Assembly: GCA_040830765.1 (NCBI GenBank) | Contig: JBFOMH010000024.1 | Coordinates: forward strand, 1 to 64,000 | From: Puniceicoccaceae bacterium | GTDB taxonomy: Bacteria > Verrucomicrobiota > Verrucomicrobiia > Opitutales > Oceanipulchritudinaceae | Reading direction: 5' to 3' | Length of the DNA: 64,000 bases | In this document: piece by piece, positions 30,316-40,308 of the stretch | Numbering within the stretch: the first letter of the stretch is position 1 | Layout: the number at the start of each line of letters is the position of its first letter | Position numbers and translations under genes: made by a program | Notes under the pieces: model-generated | Database searches by the model: none | Told to the model about the DNA's origin: nothing | The model's input: the letters and a program-made list of their open reading frames with translations, nothing else

Positions 30316-31542
30316 ATGGCACAAATCAATGACAATTACCTGAAGTTGAAAGCGTCCTACCTTTTCAGTGACATCGCCAAGCGGGTTGCTGCCTTCACTG
30401 AGGCCAACCCGGAAAAGACCATCATCAAGATGGGTATCGGGGATGTCACCGAGCCCCTCCCGATGGTCTGCCAAGAGGCGTTCCATGAGGCAATTGACGA
30501 AATGGGCACCCGGGCCGGCTTTCATGGATATGGCCCCGAACAGGGATATCCCTTTTTGCGTGAAGTCATTGCCCGGAATGAATTCCAGTCACGGGGTTGC
30601 TTTATCGAAGCGGACGAAATTTTTGTCTCAGATGGATCGAAGTGCGATTGCGGCAACATCCAGGAGATATTCTCGACCAACTCAAAAGTCGCCATTCCGG
30701 ATCCTGTCTATCCGGTTTATGTCGATACCAATGTCATGGCTGGCCGCTCCGGCCTGGACAGGGATGGCCGCTATGAGGGGCTGGTATACCTGGAGTCCAC
30801 CCCGGAAAACGGGTACGTTCCCTCACCTCCCGAAGAAAAGGTCGACATGGTCTACCTTTGCTTCCCCAACAATCCTACCGGGGCCTGCGCCAGCCGGGAG
30901 CAGCTCCAGGCATGGGTGGATTACGCCCGCGACTGCAATGCCGTCATCCTCTTTGATGCTGCTTACGAATCCTTTATCCGGAATCCAGAGATTCCCCACT
31001 CAATTTACGAACTGGATGGTGCCAGGGAGTGCGCTATTGAATTCCGGTCCTTTTCCAAGAATGCCGGTTTCACGGGTACCCGCTGCGCCTACACGATCGT
31101 CCCCAAGGACCTTCAGGCCGTTGATGGCAAAGGCAACAAGGTGATGCTCCATGGACTCTGGAATCGCCGCCATACCACGAAGTTCAATGGTGTCGCCTAT
31201 CCCGTCCAGAAAGCGGCGGCGGCCATTTACACGGATTCCGGAAAGGCTGAAGTAAGCAAACTGACTGATTTCTACATGGCCAATGCTTCCATCATCCTGG
31301 AAACAATGAAGGGCCTGGGGTTTGCCTGTGTTGGCGGCACCAATGCTCCCTACGTTTGGATAAAAACTGACATGCCATCATGGGATTTCTTCGACAAGCT
31401 GCTCAATGAAACGGCCATTGTCTGTACGCCGGGAGCCGGATTCGGTCTATGTGGAGAAGGTCACTTCCGGCTCAGCGCATTCAATTCGAGGGAAAACGTG
31501 GAGACGGCCATGACACGTATTGAGGCGGCTTTCAAGAGCTGA
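30316..31542 (+). CDS. dapL: LL-diaminopimelate aminotransferase
   Basis: [36 protein letters not shown] and [13 protein letters not shown]. Confidence 0.96.
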   Translation: MAQINDNYLKLKASYLFSDIAKRVAAFTEANPEKTIIKMGIGDVTEPLPMVCQEAFHEAIDEMGTRAGFHGYGPEQGYPFLREVIARNEFQSRGCFIEADEIFVSDGSKCDCGNIQEIFSTNSKVAIPDPVYPVYVDTNVMAGRSGLDRDGRYEGLVYLESTPENGYVPSPPEEKVDMVYLCFPNNPTGACASREQLQAWVDYARDCNAVILFDAAYESFIRNPEIPHSIYELDGARECAIEFRSFSKNAGFTGTRCAYTIVPKDLQAVDGKGNKVMLHGLWNRRHTTKFNGVAYPVQKAAAAIYTDSGKAEVSKLTDFYMANASIILETMKGLGFACVGGTNAPYVWIKTDMPSWDFFDKLLNETAIVCTPGAGFGLCGEGHFRLSAFNSRENVETAMTRIEAAFKS

Positions 31543-31565
31543 CTAAACCACTTCGTGGACTGCCA

Positions 31566-33683
31566 TTAATCAGTGGGTAATCCCTGCGTCCCGGGTACAT
31601 CCTTGTGCCGGGTCATCAACTTTTTTGGCCGGATAGGCGGCATGCAGCGACGGTCACTTTCATCCGTTGCCTTCTGTTGGGCCTTCGGGTTGAGACACAG
31701 GAGCCCCGCCAACGCACCCAACCAAAGACAGGCATCGAGCACTTGCACGGATTCGCTGGTCACATCCATTGTCAGGATGTGCATCAATACCTTGAGCAGG
31801 AAGGGAAACACCAGCACGGCCGCAAGGTACTTGCGTTCGGAAAGCCCGATCATCCAACCAACCAGGGCGGCGAAAAGCAGCACCCGGTAGAACCACTTGT
31901 AAACCGGAACGATAGTCTGGTTATAGGTCACCAATTGCTTATTGGAGCGCTTTTCCATCACCTGAACCACGGTTCCAGTCGCCCGCATGATCTTGACCAG
32001 TTCGGTGCGGACTTCTTGTGCCTGACGCTCTGTCCGGAATCTCGTCCAGACGCGATAATCGCTGTTCAAGGGTTCCTGACCGTAAGTGTTCACGTCAGGC
32101 AGGAATAGCCCCCAGCCGGTAAGTCGTCCCCACGCAACCAGTTTCGCCCGCAGGGGGAGTTCGTCCATGGATGCTTCGGCCAGCCCGGAAAACTCCTTCA
32201 TGGCCGGACCATCGAATGAATAATCGTTAGAGGCCCGTTCATTGATGATCTTTCCATATGCTGGTGAACCTACAAGGGCCCGGACTTCAAACATACCGCT
32301 GGTAAAAGGTGCTACTGCTGATGGACCCGGCAAGCTGCAGACGGCAGGATTATCCGCTTCCAGGCTACTTAAGTAAAGAGATCCTCCAAACAGGACGACA
32401 AAGGGAATAACGGCTTGGCTGGCGGCTCTCCAAAGCACCGACATACCCCAGAATTCACTACCTCGGACCTTCACGGTCCACCACACCGTGCCCGATACCA
32501 GTCCAATCGGGAGCATGTACAACATCAAGCCGGTGGGGGTAATGGCCGCCGTCCAGAAGGCAAACAGGCTGAAGAGGATAATCCCAAGCCAGCGCAAGAA
32601 ACCATCCCTTTGCCAATAGAGCAAAAATGCGGCCATGGAGAGCATCCAGCAACTAGCGGCCACACTCTCCACCCCTATGTGCCGACTGGCAAAGATTACC
32701 GGGGGGGAGACCATGGCAAGGAGGACAATCGGCCCGAGAAAATATCCCTGAATCAGGCGCACCAGCGACAAGCCAAGAATCAGCAGGGCCAGACAGAAGA
32801 AGATTGCCTGGACAATGGTGTGATTGGTCAGGTCCCAACTTGTCCATTCACCCACTTGGGCCAAAAACGTGGGATAACCCGGCCGATGGCCTTGGGAAGG
32901 CAGATCGGAGCCATCGCTCGATGTCCCGATTGCCTGTAACAGGTACCCCTCGCTTTCTCCCGGGGAAAATGCCGGCATTGCATGCCGGACCAGATGTAGA
33001 TGGGCAACCGCTCCAATGATGGCACAAACCAAAAACACGAGGACCTCGTGGAAGGGAGCCTTCTTCCGGTAGGCATGGACGCCATCCGGGAAACGGACAA
33101 ACGTAGCCAGGGAAAAGAAGAGAATGAATCCAACAACGACAAATCCAAATGTGGCCTTGAACCAGATGGCGAGCCACTCGAAGGGTGATGTTGTCGGTAG
33201 GTAAACGGAAACCGGAACCGCACCTCCGGGTTCAGCCTGGACCCGGTAGCCAGTGCTGATCTTGTTCACCCGGACGCCAGTTTCGTCGAGTTCATCCAGC
33301 AAGGATAGATCCATCGAATAGGTCTCCGCCCCCTCAGTCAGGCAGGTAACATTGAGATCCTTCAGGACGACATCACCGACTGTTCCGTCCGGGAAGACCA
33401 GTGCCAATTCATAGGAGGGACGAGGCGGCAACTCTGTCCCCCACTTCCATTGATAGCCCTCAGGATCTCCAAGTGGCACCAAAGGAAGTGGCTCCTCGTC
33501 GACGGCATACGCCAACTGGACGTTCTGGGCGGAGCCTGCACCAAGGGAGAGGACAACTGGATGGTTGGATGCGTGCCACCAGGGAAGAACAAATGCCATC
33601 AATAAAAGGTACAGCACCAGCTCAACTACCGCGAAGCTGATATAAAAGCGGCGCAGGACAACCTTTTGGCGAATCTCATCCAT
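31566..33683 (-). CDS. polytopic membrane protein with extracytoplasmic domains, GT-C-like
   Basis: Many TM segments; loop GESEGY...RPGYPTFL resembles the GT-C first loop. Confidence 0.5.
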   Translation of the reverse strand: MDEIRQKVVLRRFYISFAVVELVLYLLLMAFVLPWWHASNHPVVLSLGAGSAQNVQLAYAVDEEPLPLVPLGDPEGYQWKWGTELPPRPSYELALVFPDGTVGDVVLKDLNVTCLTEGAETYSMDLSLLDELDETGVRVNKISTGYRVQAEPGGAVPVSVYLPTTSPFEWLAIWFKATFGFVVVGFILFFSLATFVRFPDGVHAYRKKAPFHEVLVFLVCAIIGAVAHLHLVRHAMPAFSPGESEGYLLQAIGTSSDGSDLPSQGHRPGYPTFLAQVGEWTSWDLTNHTIVQAIFFCLALLILGLSLVRLIQGYFLGPIVLLAMVSPPVIFASRHIGVESVAASCWMLSMAAFLLYWQRDGFLRWLGIILFSLFAFWTAAITPTGLMLYMLPIGLVSGTVWWTVKVRGSEFWGMSVLWRAASQAVIPFVVLFGGSLYLSSLEADNPAVCSLPGPSAVAPFTSGMFEVRALVGSPAYGKIINERASNDYSFDGPAMKEFSGLAEASMDELPLRAKLVAWGRLTGWGLFLPDVNTYGQEPLNSDYRVWTRFRTERQAQEVRTELVKIMRATGTVVQVMEKRSNKQLVTYNQTIVPVYKWFYRVLLFAALVGWMIGLSERKYLAAVLVFPFLLKVLMHILTMDVTSESVQVLDACLWLGALAGLLCLNPKAQQKATDESDRRCMPPIRPKKLMTRHKDVPGTQGLPTD

Positions 33684-33813
33684 TAAAAACCTTATGCAGG
33701 ATTATCAGCATCACCTGAACTTGCAATCGTAGAATGGTCTCAGGCCAGCAATAATATGGCTACCAAAAAAAGGTAAAGTATTTGTAAATAGATACAAGTG
33801 AAGTGGAGGCATC

Positions 33814-34335
33814 CTATTGATGGAACCACTTGAACCCCAAGAGGGATCCCCACAAATGGAAAAACTGGGAATACCAGTAAGCGGACCGTCGGCGCAGAAA
33901 ATAGGATGAACCGGACTTGGCGACAACGCCCCAAGTGCTGAGTCGCTCTAACCGCACCGAGAGCATATGCTGCTTGCCATAGGCGGCTTGTAATTCCTTT
34001 CGGCTTATGCTGCCTGCTTGTTCGACGAGGAGCATGAAGTAAAAGCGCCTCCCGCTTTCCGAGACACACATCACCGAGATGTAAAGCAGCAGCAGGCAAA
34101 CAAGAGTGATGACTGAATAAACCAACCAGAGAGCCTTCTCGGAGGCAGAATCCCCAAGGAGGAAACCCGCTACAACCAGTAGAAGGAGAAGGGCAAAGAA
34201 AGCCGAACGGGCAATCGTACCCTGCCCCGGAAGGGATTTCCTCTCCGGAAACAGCTTCAACTGCAATCGGTTCAGGCCTACCGTAAGCGGAAAGTACAGC
34301 AGGAGAATCAAAAGCAACTGTATGGTATCGCCCAT
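33814..34335 (-). CDS. small membrane protein (3 TM plus C-terminal winged-helix-like segment)
   Basis: Hydrophobic N-terminal half; C-terminal SISRKELQAAY...RLERLSTWGVV...YFL. Confidence 0.6.
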   Translation of the reverse strand: MGDTIQLLLILLLYFPLTVGLNRLQLKLFPERKSLPGQGTIARSAFFALLLLLVVAGFLLGDSASEKALWLVYSVITLVCLLLLYISVMCVSESGRRFYFMLLVEQAGSISRKELQAAYGKQHMLSVRLERLSTWGVVAKSGSSYFLRRRSAYWYSQFFHLWGSLLGFKWFHQ

Positions 34336-34338
34336 GGC

Positions 34339-34842
34339 TTAACCTTTTGGATCGTCGAAGCCAGCCGACTTCCTCAAGAAATGAATGAACTTGAGCGTTC
34401 GTTTGCCCCGGGACGCGAGTTGGAGATTTCCCTCAGAATCCTCGCTGGCAAACTGTTCACCGACCAGGCTATCCAGTGAATTCCCGGAAAGGACTTTTTC
34501 AGTCAGGACTGATTTTAAGGCTTCCTCCGGGCATCCCTTTCCACCCGCCTGAGCGACGAGCACTGTTATCAGCATGGTCGGGGAAGCTGCCTGAGCGGCG
34601 GGGTACCAGAAGATATAGGCACTCCCCAGACTAGTGCTGAGGACAAGGGAGAGGAAGCAGGCGTGGAAGGAAAGCGATCCAAGAAGAAACAGGACCGAGA
34701 GAATAACCAGCGGGAAGAGAATCAAGCAGGCCAGGAGGGCCCTGAGGTCATCAATTGGCCTGGAGAGCCGCCACCAGGCCAAGTGCAATAGCCAGCCAGC
34801 AAGGCATGCCGATATTCCTGTAATGAGAATTCCTATACTCAC
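34339..34842 (-). CDS. small membrane protein, apparent paralogue of the downstream gene
   Basis: GTG start 4 bp after the ThDP gene stop; 3 TM then a wHTH-like segment ending LQLASRGK. Confidence 0.6.
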   Translation of the reverse strand: MSIGILITGISACLAGWLLHLAWWRLSRPIDDLRALLACLILFPLVILSVLFLLGSLSFHACFLSLVLSTSLGSAYIFWYPAAQAASPTMLITVLVAQAGGKGCPEEALKSVLTEKVLSGNSLDSLVGEQFASEDSEGNLQLASRGKRTLKFIHFLRKSAGFDDPKG

Positions 34843-34846
34843 GGAA

Positions 34847-36556
34847 TCAGGTCCCTTCCATCTCCAGAGGCTTGAACTCGGGCTCCATTTCGGTAAGCGG
34901 ATGTCCAAATGCAATTTTCGGGTAAACGTTGCCCTCAGGATCCAGCATGACTTGCAGCAACACCGGTCCTTCGGGATTCTTCCAGAAGAAGTCAAGGGCG
35001 GCCGGAACCTGACTTTCCTCCTCAATCGTCATGGCAGGGATGCCATACGCTTCGCTGACCCTGGTAAAGTCGGGCGCGGTATAACCCCACATCGTCGAAT
35101 GATACCGGGAATGGAAATAGCTCTGCTGGAATTGGCGGACCATGCCGTGACAACGGTTGTTGATAACCAGCATCTTGACCGGAAAGTTGTTTCTCCGGAC
35201 TGTTTCCAGTTCCTGGAGGTTGAGCTGGAATCCCCCGTCTCCTGCAACAAGGACCACCGGCCCGTTTCCATTGTCGCATACGGCCCCGATTGCCGCCGGA
35301 AGTCCATAACCCATGGCACCCATTCCGCCGCTGGTCAGGAAACGTTGCCCCTGTTTGAGCTCGAGACATTGCGCACTCCACATCTGGTGCTGCCCGACGT
35401 CAGCGACATAGGCCCGGGCGCTGCCCCCCTGACGGGAAAGGTCGGTCAGGAACCGGCAGGGATTGATGCCTTTGCTGCTGCGGTATTCTGCTTCGGCCGG
35501 CCACTCGGACTGCTTTTTTTCAATCTCGGCGAACCAATCGGCGATGTTCAGGGAGACCTTTGGCATAGTGGCCAGGCTACTGGAGAGAAACGACTGCAAG
35601 TCAGCGACGATAGCCTGGCATCCCTCGACCCGGTTATTGACTTCTGATGGATCAACATCGACGTGGAAAATCGATTTCCCGGTCTTGAAGGAATCCACAT
35701 CAGCACCGGTCTGTCGGATATCGAGCCGGCTTCCGAGTACCAGGAGCCAATCCGCCTGCCCGACGGCGTAATTGGACCACCGATTGCCATAGGATCCGTA
35801 AAAGCCCACCCTTTGGGGATGCCCGTGCTCGAGGACATCATTTCCCAGCAGTGAGAAAACAGCCGGGATTCCGAGTTTCTCAAGAAAGTCACGCAATGGC
35901 CCGCGGATACCGGGTTGGGCACCACCGCTACCGATAATGGCCAGTGGGCGGCTGGCCGACGACAGGCTGCTCCACAGATCCTGTGGTATCCCAACCTCTG
36001 CCGTCGACGGTCCATCCGGGAGGATTTCCGTTCGTTCAACAGGATCCCGCTGAACATCCATGGGGATATCGATCAAAACAGGCCCCGGGCGCCCACTCAC
36101 AGCCAACGAGAAGGCTTTATCCAGCACATCCGGAAGGCTTGCGGCATCCTGTACCAGCCAGCTCCCCTTGGTAATAGGCCTGGCCATGGAAACGATGTCC
36201 GTCTCCTGGAAACCGAGCTGGCGCACTCCCCTGTTGCCCTTGAGTTCGTGGGTGTTGACCTGGCCCGTGATGAAGACCGCCGGCACGGAATCGAAGAAGC
36301 AGGAGCCGATTCCCGTGAGAAGATTGGTTGCCCCGGGTCCGCTGGTGGCCATGGCGACTGCGGGCAGGTTGCGCATCCGCCCCAACCCGTCAACGGCGAA
36401 GGCTGCCGCTTGCTCATGGTGCATGCTGACCACACGAAGCTGGCCCCGGCGATGCACGGAGTCCAGCAGGTGGGTAATCATGCCACCGACTACCTCGAAG
36501 ACAACACCCACCCCCTTTGCATGGAGATAGTCAGCTATGTAATCGGATGCCTTCAT
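34847..36556 (-). CDS. thiamine diphosphate-dependent enzyme (acetolactate synthase-like, YerE-like by context)
   Basis: HHEQAAAFA, TSGPGATN, RPGPVLIDIP, DVGQHQMW and GDGG...NN ThDP motif. Confidence 0.9.
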   Translation of the reverse strand: MKASDYIADYLHAKGVGVVFEVVGGMITHLLDSVHRRGQLRVVSMHHEQAAAFAVDGLGRMRNLPAVAMATSGPGATNLLTGIGSCFFDSVPAVFITGQVNTHELKGNRGVRQLGFQETDIVSMARPITKGSWLVQDAASLPDVLDKAFSLAVSGRPGPVLIDIPMDVQRDPVERTEILPDGPSTAEVGIPQDLWSSLSSASRPLAIIGSGGAQPGIRGPLRDFLEKLGIPAVFSLLGNDVLEHGHPQRVGFYGSYGNRWSNYAVGQADWLLVLGSRLDIRQTGADVDSFKTGKSIFHVDVDPSEVNNRVEGCQAIVADLQSFLSSSLATMPKVSLNIADWFAEIEKKQSEWPAEAEYRSSKGINPCRFLTDLSRQGGSARAYVADVGQHQMWSAQCLELKQGQRFLTSGGMGAMGYGLPAAIGAVCDNGNGPVVLVAGDGGFQLNLQELETVRRNNFPVKMLVINNRCHGMVRQFQQSYFHSRYHSTMWGYTAPDFTRVSEAYGIPAMTIEEESQVPAALDFFWKNPEGPVLLQVMLDPEGNVYPKIAFGHPLTEMEPEFKPLEMEGT

Positions 36557-37460
36557 GTTTTTCGGTATGGAGAAAGACAAAGTTGGTCTCAATCGTGGAT
36601 TCAGTTACCGCATCGACAGGCCGGGCTCCTTCCTTGCCCAAACCGTGGCACTGGTAACCGCGGTCCTTGAAGAAAGCGATGATGTCATTGGGATGATAAT
36701 CGAACTTCGCGCTCCATTTCCTCAGCATTTCCGAGAATACCACCGGCTGGTCCTGCTCGATAATGGACGCCGCTCCCCTGAAGGCGAACAGCTCTGCTCC
36801 TTCAACATCACACTTGATAAAATCAACCGGTCCACCGAGGTCCTCCCGCATATCGTCAAGGCGGACCAACTGGCAGACGACTTCCTCGATCTCCTCGTCT
36901 TCGAGAATGTTCTGTTGGCTGGCGGCAACCGACATGTGGCGATGGACAAAGAACCTGGCTTCACCCGGAACGTCAGAAAGTCCATGCCGATGTAATGAGA
37001 CATCATTACAATTGTTGATGATGGCATTTCTCTCGAACTGGTCCGCGGTCGCGGGTATGGGCTCAAAGGCGTGTATCCGCAAGTTAGGATGCAACTTCTT
37101 CAGTCCGATCGAGTAAAAGCCGACATTACCACCTATATCCACGAGAACCGGACTCCCTCCCGGAAGGGAGTGAACAAGCTTTTCGACGATCGCAAATTCG
37201 TATTGCTCGTAGGAACCGAAATTAACCGCCTCCACGGGGGCTGCCCGCATCTCACCTCTTGGGGCAACTAACTCAATGGGTGGCCAGGCAAAACGCACCC
37301 TCACCTCTCCTTGTCCTATCTGGATCGACTCGACATCCGAACCATCAATCAAGTCAGCATAGTGAAAGAGCTGCTGGTGCTGCTCAAACATGCGTTCGAT
37401 GTAGGCCTGCTTGCCAATCTGGCCGGTTTCGAGGGCCTTTTTAAGTTCGGACGGGTTCAT
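36531..37460 (-). CDS. FkbM family methyltransferase
   Basis: VDIGGNVG, HAFEP and FIKCDVEGAE motifs. Confidence 0.9.
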   Translation of the reverse strand: MNPSELKKALETGQIGKQAYIERMFEQHQQLFHYADLIDGSDVESIQIGQGEVRVRFAWPPIELVAPRGEMRAAPVEAVNFGSYEQYEFAIVEKLVHSLPGGSPVLVDIGGNVGFYSIGLKKLHPNLRIHAFEPIPATADQFERNAIINNCNDVSLHRHGLSDVPGEARFFVHRHMSVAASQQNILEDEEIEEVVCQLVRLDDMREDLGGPVDFIKCDVEGAELFAFRGAASIIEQDQPVVFSEMLRKWSAKFDYHPNDIIAFFKDRGYQCHGLGKEGARPVDAVTESTIETNFVFLHTEKHEGIRLHS

Positions 37461-38515
37461 TGCTGATGAAATTCAATGGTTCGGGAAAACCCATCCTGTG
37501 GATTGACCCGCGGTTGCCAACCAAGATTGCGCAATTTCTGGATCTGTGGGAAGACTTCCGCTGAGAGGCTTTGCGTCACCGCTTCAGGATGCATCTGCCG
37601 CTTCAGTCCGGCCTCTGGGACTAATCCGATGACGAGGTCCGCCAATTCGGCAACGGACAGCACGGCTTCGGGATTCCCCACATTGTATACCTCACCGGGC
37701 ACACCCTTGGTTAGCAGTAACAGCAGGGCACCCAGTGTGTCGCTGATATAGCAGAATGCCCGTCGCCCGGTCCCGTCGCTCTTCAGGACAATGTCCTCGC
37801 CGCGGACCGCATTGCCGACGAAATCGGCAAACACCCGCCCGTCACCGAGGAGGTCCATTCCGGGGCCGTAGGTGTGGAAAATCCGCGCCATATTTACGGG
37901 AAGTCCCCGTTCGCTGAAGGCCTTCCGGCACAAGTCCTCTCCTTTCCGCTTGGCCAAGGGATAGAGGGAACGACTGGAATTGGAATCAACCTGCCCCAGA
38001 TCATCCTCAGCCGGCCATGCATTGCCGCAGGTATTTCCATAAACCTCGCTGCTGCTGAAAAATAGGAATCTCCTCAATGTACCTGGCATGGATTGCTCCA
38101 GCAGGACTCCGGTCGCATTGACATTGCACAACTCAACCCCCGCGGGATCTGCTTTGCAGGCAGCGGATGTAGCCGGGCTGGCGGCATGAATGATAAAGTC
38201 GGCCCGGGGGACATCCCAGCTCTCAGGCGAAGCCCAATCGGGGGTAAGGAGGTGGACATCCTTGGAATCGCCCCGAAGCCATGGAAATGTGCGAACTGCC
38301 TTCTCCGTGGATCGAACCCAGAGGTGCAAGGTCAACCCGAGTGAATCAACCTCGTTCAACCACATCAGAAATTTCGCCCAATATGCCGGAATCAGACCCG
38401 TCGCTCCGGTAATCAACCAGGTTGTCTGACCCAGACTGGCCAAATCCAAGCCTGCCCGAAGAGTCCGGAAATCCTCGACAAGGACGGGATGCAACTGCTC
38501 GGAAACCACTCCCAT
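37457..38515 (-). CDS. NAD-dependent epimerase/dehydratase (extended SDR)
   Basis: ITGATGLI, IHAASPA, SSSEVYG, YPLAK, RIFHTYGP. Confidence 0.9.
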   Translation of the reverse strand: MGVVSEQLHPVLVEDFRTLRAGLDLASLGQTTWLITGATGLIPAYWAKFLMWLNEVDSLGLTLHLWVRSTEKAVRTFPWLRGDSKDVHLLTPDWASPESWDVPRADFIIHAASPATSAACKADPAGVELCNVNATGVLLEQSMPGTLRRFLFFSSSEVYGNTCGNAWPAEDDLGQVDSNSSRSLYPLAKRKGEDLCRKAFSERGLPVNMARIFHTYGPGMDLLGDGRVFADFVGNAVRGEDIVLKSDGTGRRAFCYISDTLGALLLLLTKGVPGEVYNVGNPEAVLSVAELADLVIGLVPEAGLKRQMHPEAVTQSLSAEVFPQIQKLRNLGWQPRVNPQDGFSRTIEFHQQ

Positions 38516-38527
38516 TTGATGCTCAGG

Positions 38528-39496
38528 TTATTCCCCGCCGCCTTCCTTGAATCCGACTTTTTCAGCAACGATATATAGCAGGCGGCCTTTTCCCTGATTA
38601 TAAACCCGGGCCAGATACTCCCCGATAAGACCCAGGAAGAATGACTGCGTCCCGATGCCGAACAAAATCAAGAGGACAACCGTCGAAATGCCCGGCGGAG
38701 GCAAGGTGGCGAAGCCGGGCTTGAAAAGGTAGATCAGCAGGTAGGCAACGGCCAGACCCAAAGAAACAAGGGTTGTCAGCACGCCAAAATACGTCGCCAC
38801 CTGGAGTGGTTTGGCGGAAAAGCAAATAATCGCATTAAGGGCATACTTGATGCAAAAAACAAGACCGGCACTGGAGCGACCACCTTCCCTTGGGGCCCGA
38901 TCATAGGGAACGAGTTCACGACGGAATCCAACCCAGTTGACAAGACCTCTCAAATAGCGGTCAGGCTCACGCAGCTGGCGCAAGACAAGGACAACCTTTC
39001 GGTCGAGCAAGCGAAATTCAGTCGCTCCTGGTGTTATGCGCGATTCACTCAGGTGATAGATAAGTTTGTACGAAATTACCGCGCCAAGGCTTTTCAGCCA
39101 GCTGTCGTCGTGACGCTCACGGACTACCCCGTTGACCACCTCCGCTCCCGCTTCCCAGAGACGGACAAATTCGGGTATGACTTCCGGCGGATCCTGGAGG
39201 TCGGAAAGAAGCGTAATCACCGCATCTCCTTCGGCATGGTCCAGCCCGGCCGTTATCGATGGATCAAAACCGAAATTGCGTGAATAGCGGAGATATTTCC
39301 AGCGGTTGTCCTTGGTGCAGATTTCCAGTGCCCGCTCGCGGGTCGCATCTTCACTCCGGTTGTCGAGGATCAGGACCTCATAGTCGTAGCCGGCCAATTC
39401 CTCATCGAACAACCGGGAAACTCTCTCATAGAGGCGCGGGAGATTCTTCTCCTCGTTGAACGCCGGGCAGATAATGGACAGTTTCTTCCTCGACAT
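38528..39496 (-). CDS. GT2 polyprenyl-phosphate glycosyltransferase (GtrB/ArnC-like)
   Basis: PAFNEE, SRNFG, DLQDPP, FRLLDRKV, two C-terminal TMs and GLIGEYLARVY. Confidence 0.9.
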   Translation of the reverse strand: MSRKKLSIICPAFNEEKNLPRLYERVSRLFDEELAGYDYEVLILDNRSEDATRERALEICTKDNRWKYLRYSRNFGFDPSITAGLDHAEGDAVITLLSDLQDPPEVIPEFVRLWEAGAEVVNGVVRERHDDSWLKSLGAVISYKLIYHLSESRITPGATEFRLLDRKVVLVLRQLREPDRYLRGLVNWVGFRRELVPYDRAPREGGRSSAGLVFCIKYALNAIICFSAKPLQVATYFGVLTTLVSLGLAVAYLLIYLFKPGFATLPPPGISTVVLLILFGIGTQSFFLGLIGEYLARVYNQGKGRLLYIVAEKVGFKEGGGE

Positions 39497-39504
39497 AAAG
39501 CCTC

Positions 39505-40287
39505 CTACCAGACTTTCCAGGGCGCCTTGCCGCCCCTCCACAGGTCATTCAACAATTGTGACTCCCGGTAGGTATCCATGGATTGCCACCAGCCCTGGTG
39601 CCGGTAGGCGTTCATTTGCCCGTCTGCAGCCAGTTTCGATAACGGTTCCTTCTCGAAGACCGGATTATCGTACCCTTCAAGGTAGTTAAAAATTGATGAC
39701 TGGCAGACCATGAATCCCCCGTTGACATAACTCTGGTTCAATTGCGGTTTTTCGGCAAACTCACTGACTCCACCATCCGCTTCAATCTCAAGGGTTCCAA
39801 AGCGACTCGCTGGATGAACCGCAGCAATCGTGCATATCCGCCCGGAGCTGCGGTGTTCCTCTATACTGGCCCCGATATCGATATCGGACAACCCGTCCCC
39901 ATAAGTCAGCAGAAAATCCTCACCCTCGTCGATATAGGACTGGATCCGCCGGATTCGTTCACCGGTCATGCTTTCCTGGCCCGTCTCGGCCAGGGTCACG
40001 GTCCAGTCCTCCTCGGCGTGCGAAGTGTGGTAGCGGACATTCGGATTCCGGCCCAGGGTCAGAGTCACATCACAGGTGTTCCACAAGTAGTTCTTGAAAA
40101 AGTCCTTGATCATATCACCACGGTAACCGAGACAGAGGACAAAATCCTTGTGGCCGAAGTGCGCGTAATACTTCATGATGTGCCAGAGCATCGGGCGGCC
40201 CCCGATCATGACCATTGGCTTGGGGCGGTACTCCGTCTCTTCCCTGAGCCGGGTTCCCTTGCCTCCGCATAATATGACGACTTTCAT
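39505..40287 (-). CDS. rfbF: glucose-1-phosphate cytidylyltransferase
   Basis: ILCGGKGTRLREETEYRPKPM, LTYGDG and WQSMDT. Confidence 0.93.
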   Translation of the reverse strand: MKVVILCGGKGTRLREETEYRPKPMVMIGGRPMLWHIMKYYAHFGHKDFVLCLGYRGDMIKDFFKNYLWNTCDVTLTLGRNPNVRYHTSHAEEDWTVTLAETGQESMTGERIRRIQSYIDEGEDFLLTYGDGLSDIDIGASIEEHRSSGRICTIAAVHPASRFGTLEIEADGGVSEFAEKPQLNQSYVNGGFMVCQSSIFNYLEGYDNPVFEKEPLSKLAADGQMNAYRHQGWWQSMDTYRESQLLNDLWRGGKAPWKVW

Positions 40288-40308
40288 ACTCCTGGTGTTT
40301 CTGGAATT

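Noticed and set aside
34847..36556. Calling the ThDP enzyme ilvB
   Set aside because: No ilvN/ilvC nearby and it is embedded in a nucleotide-sugar operon, so no symbol was given
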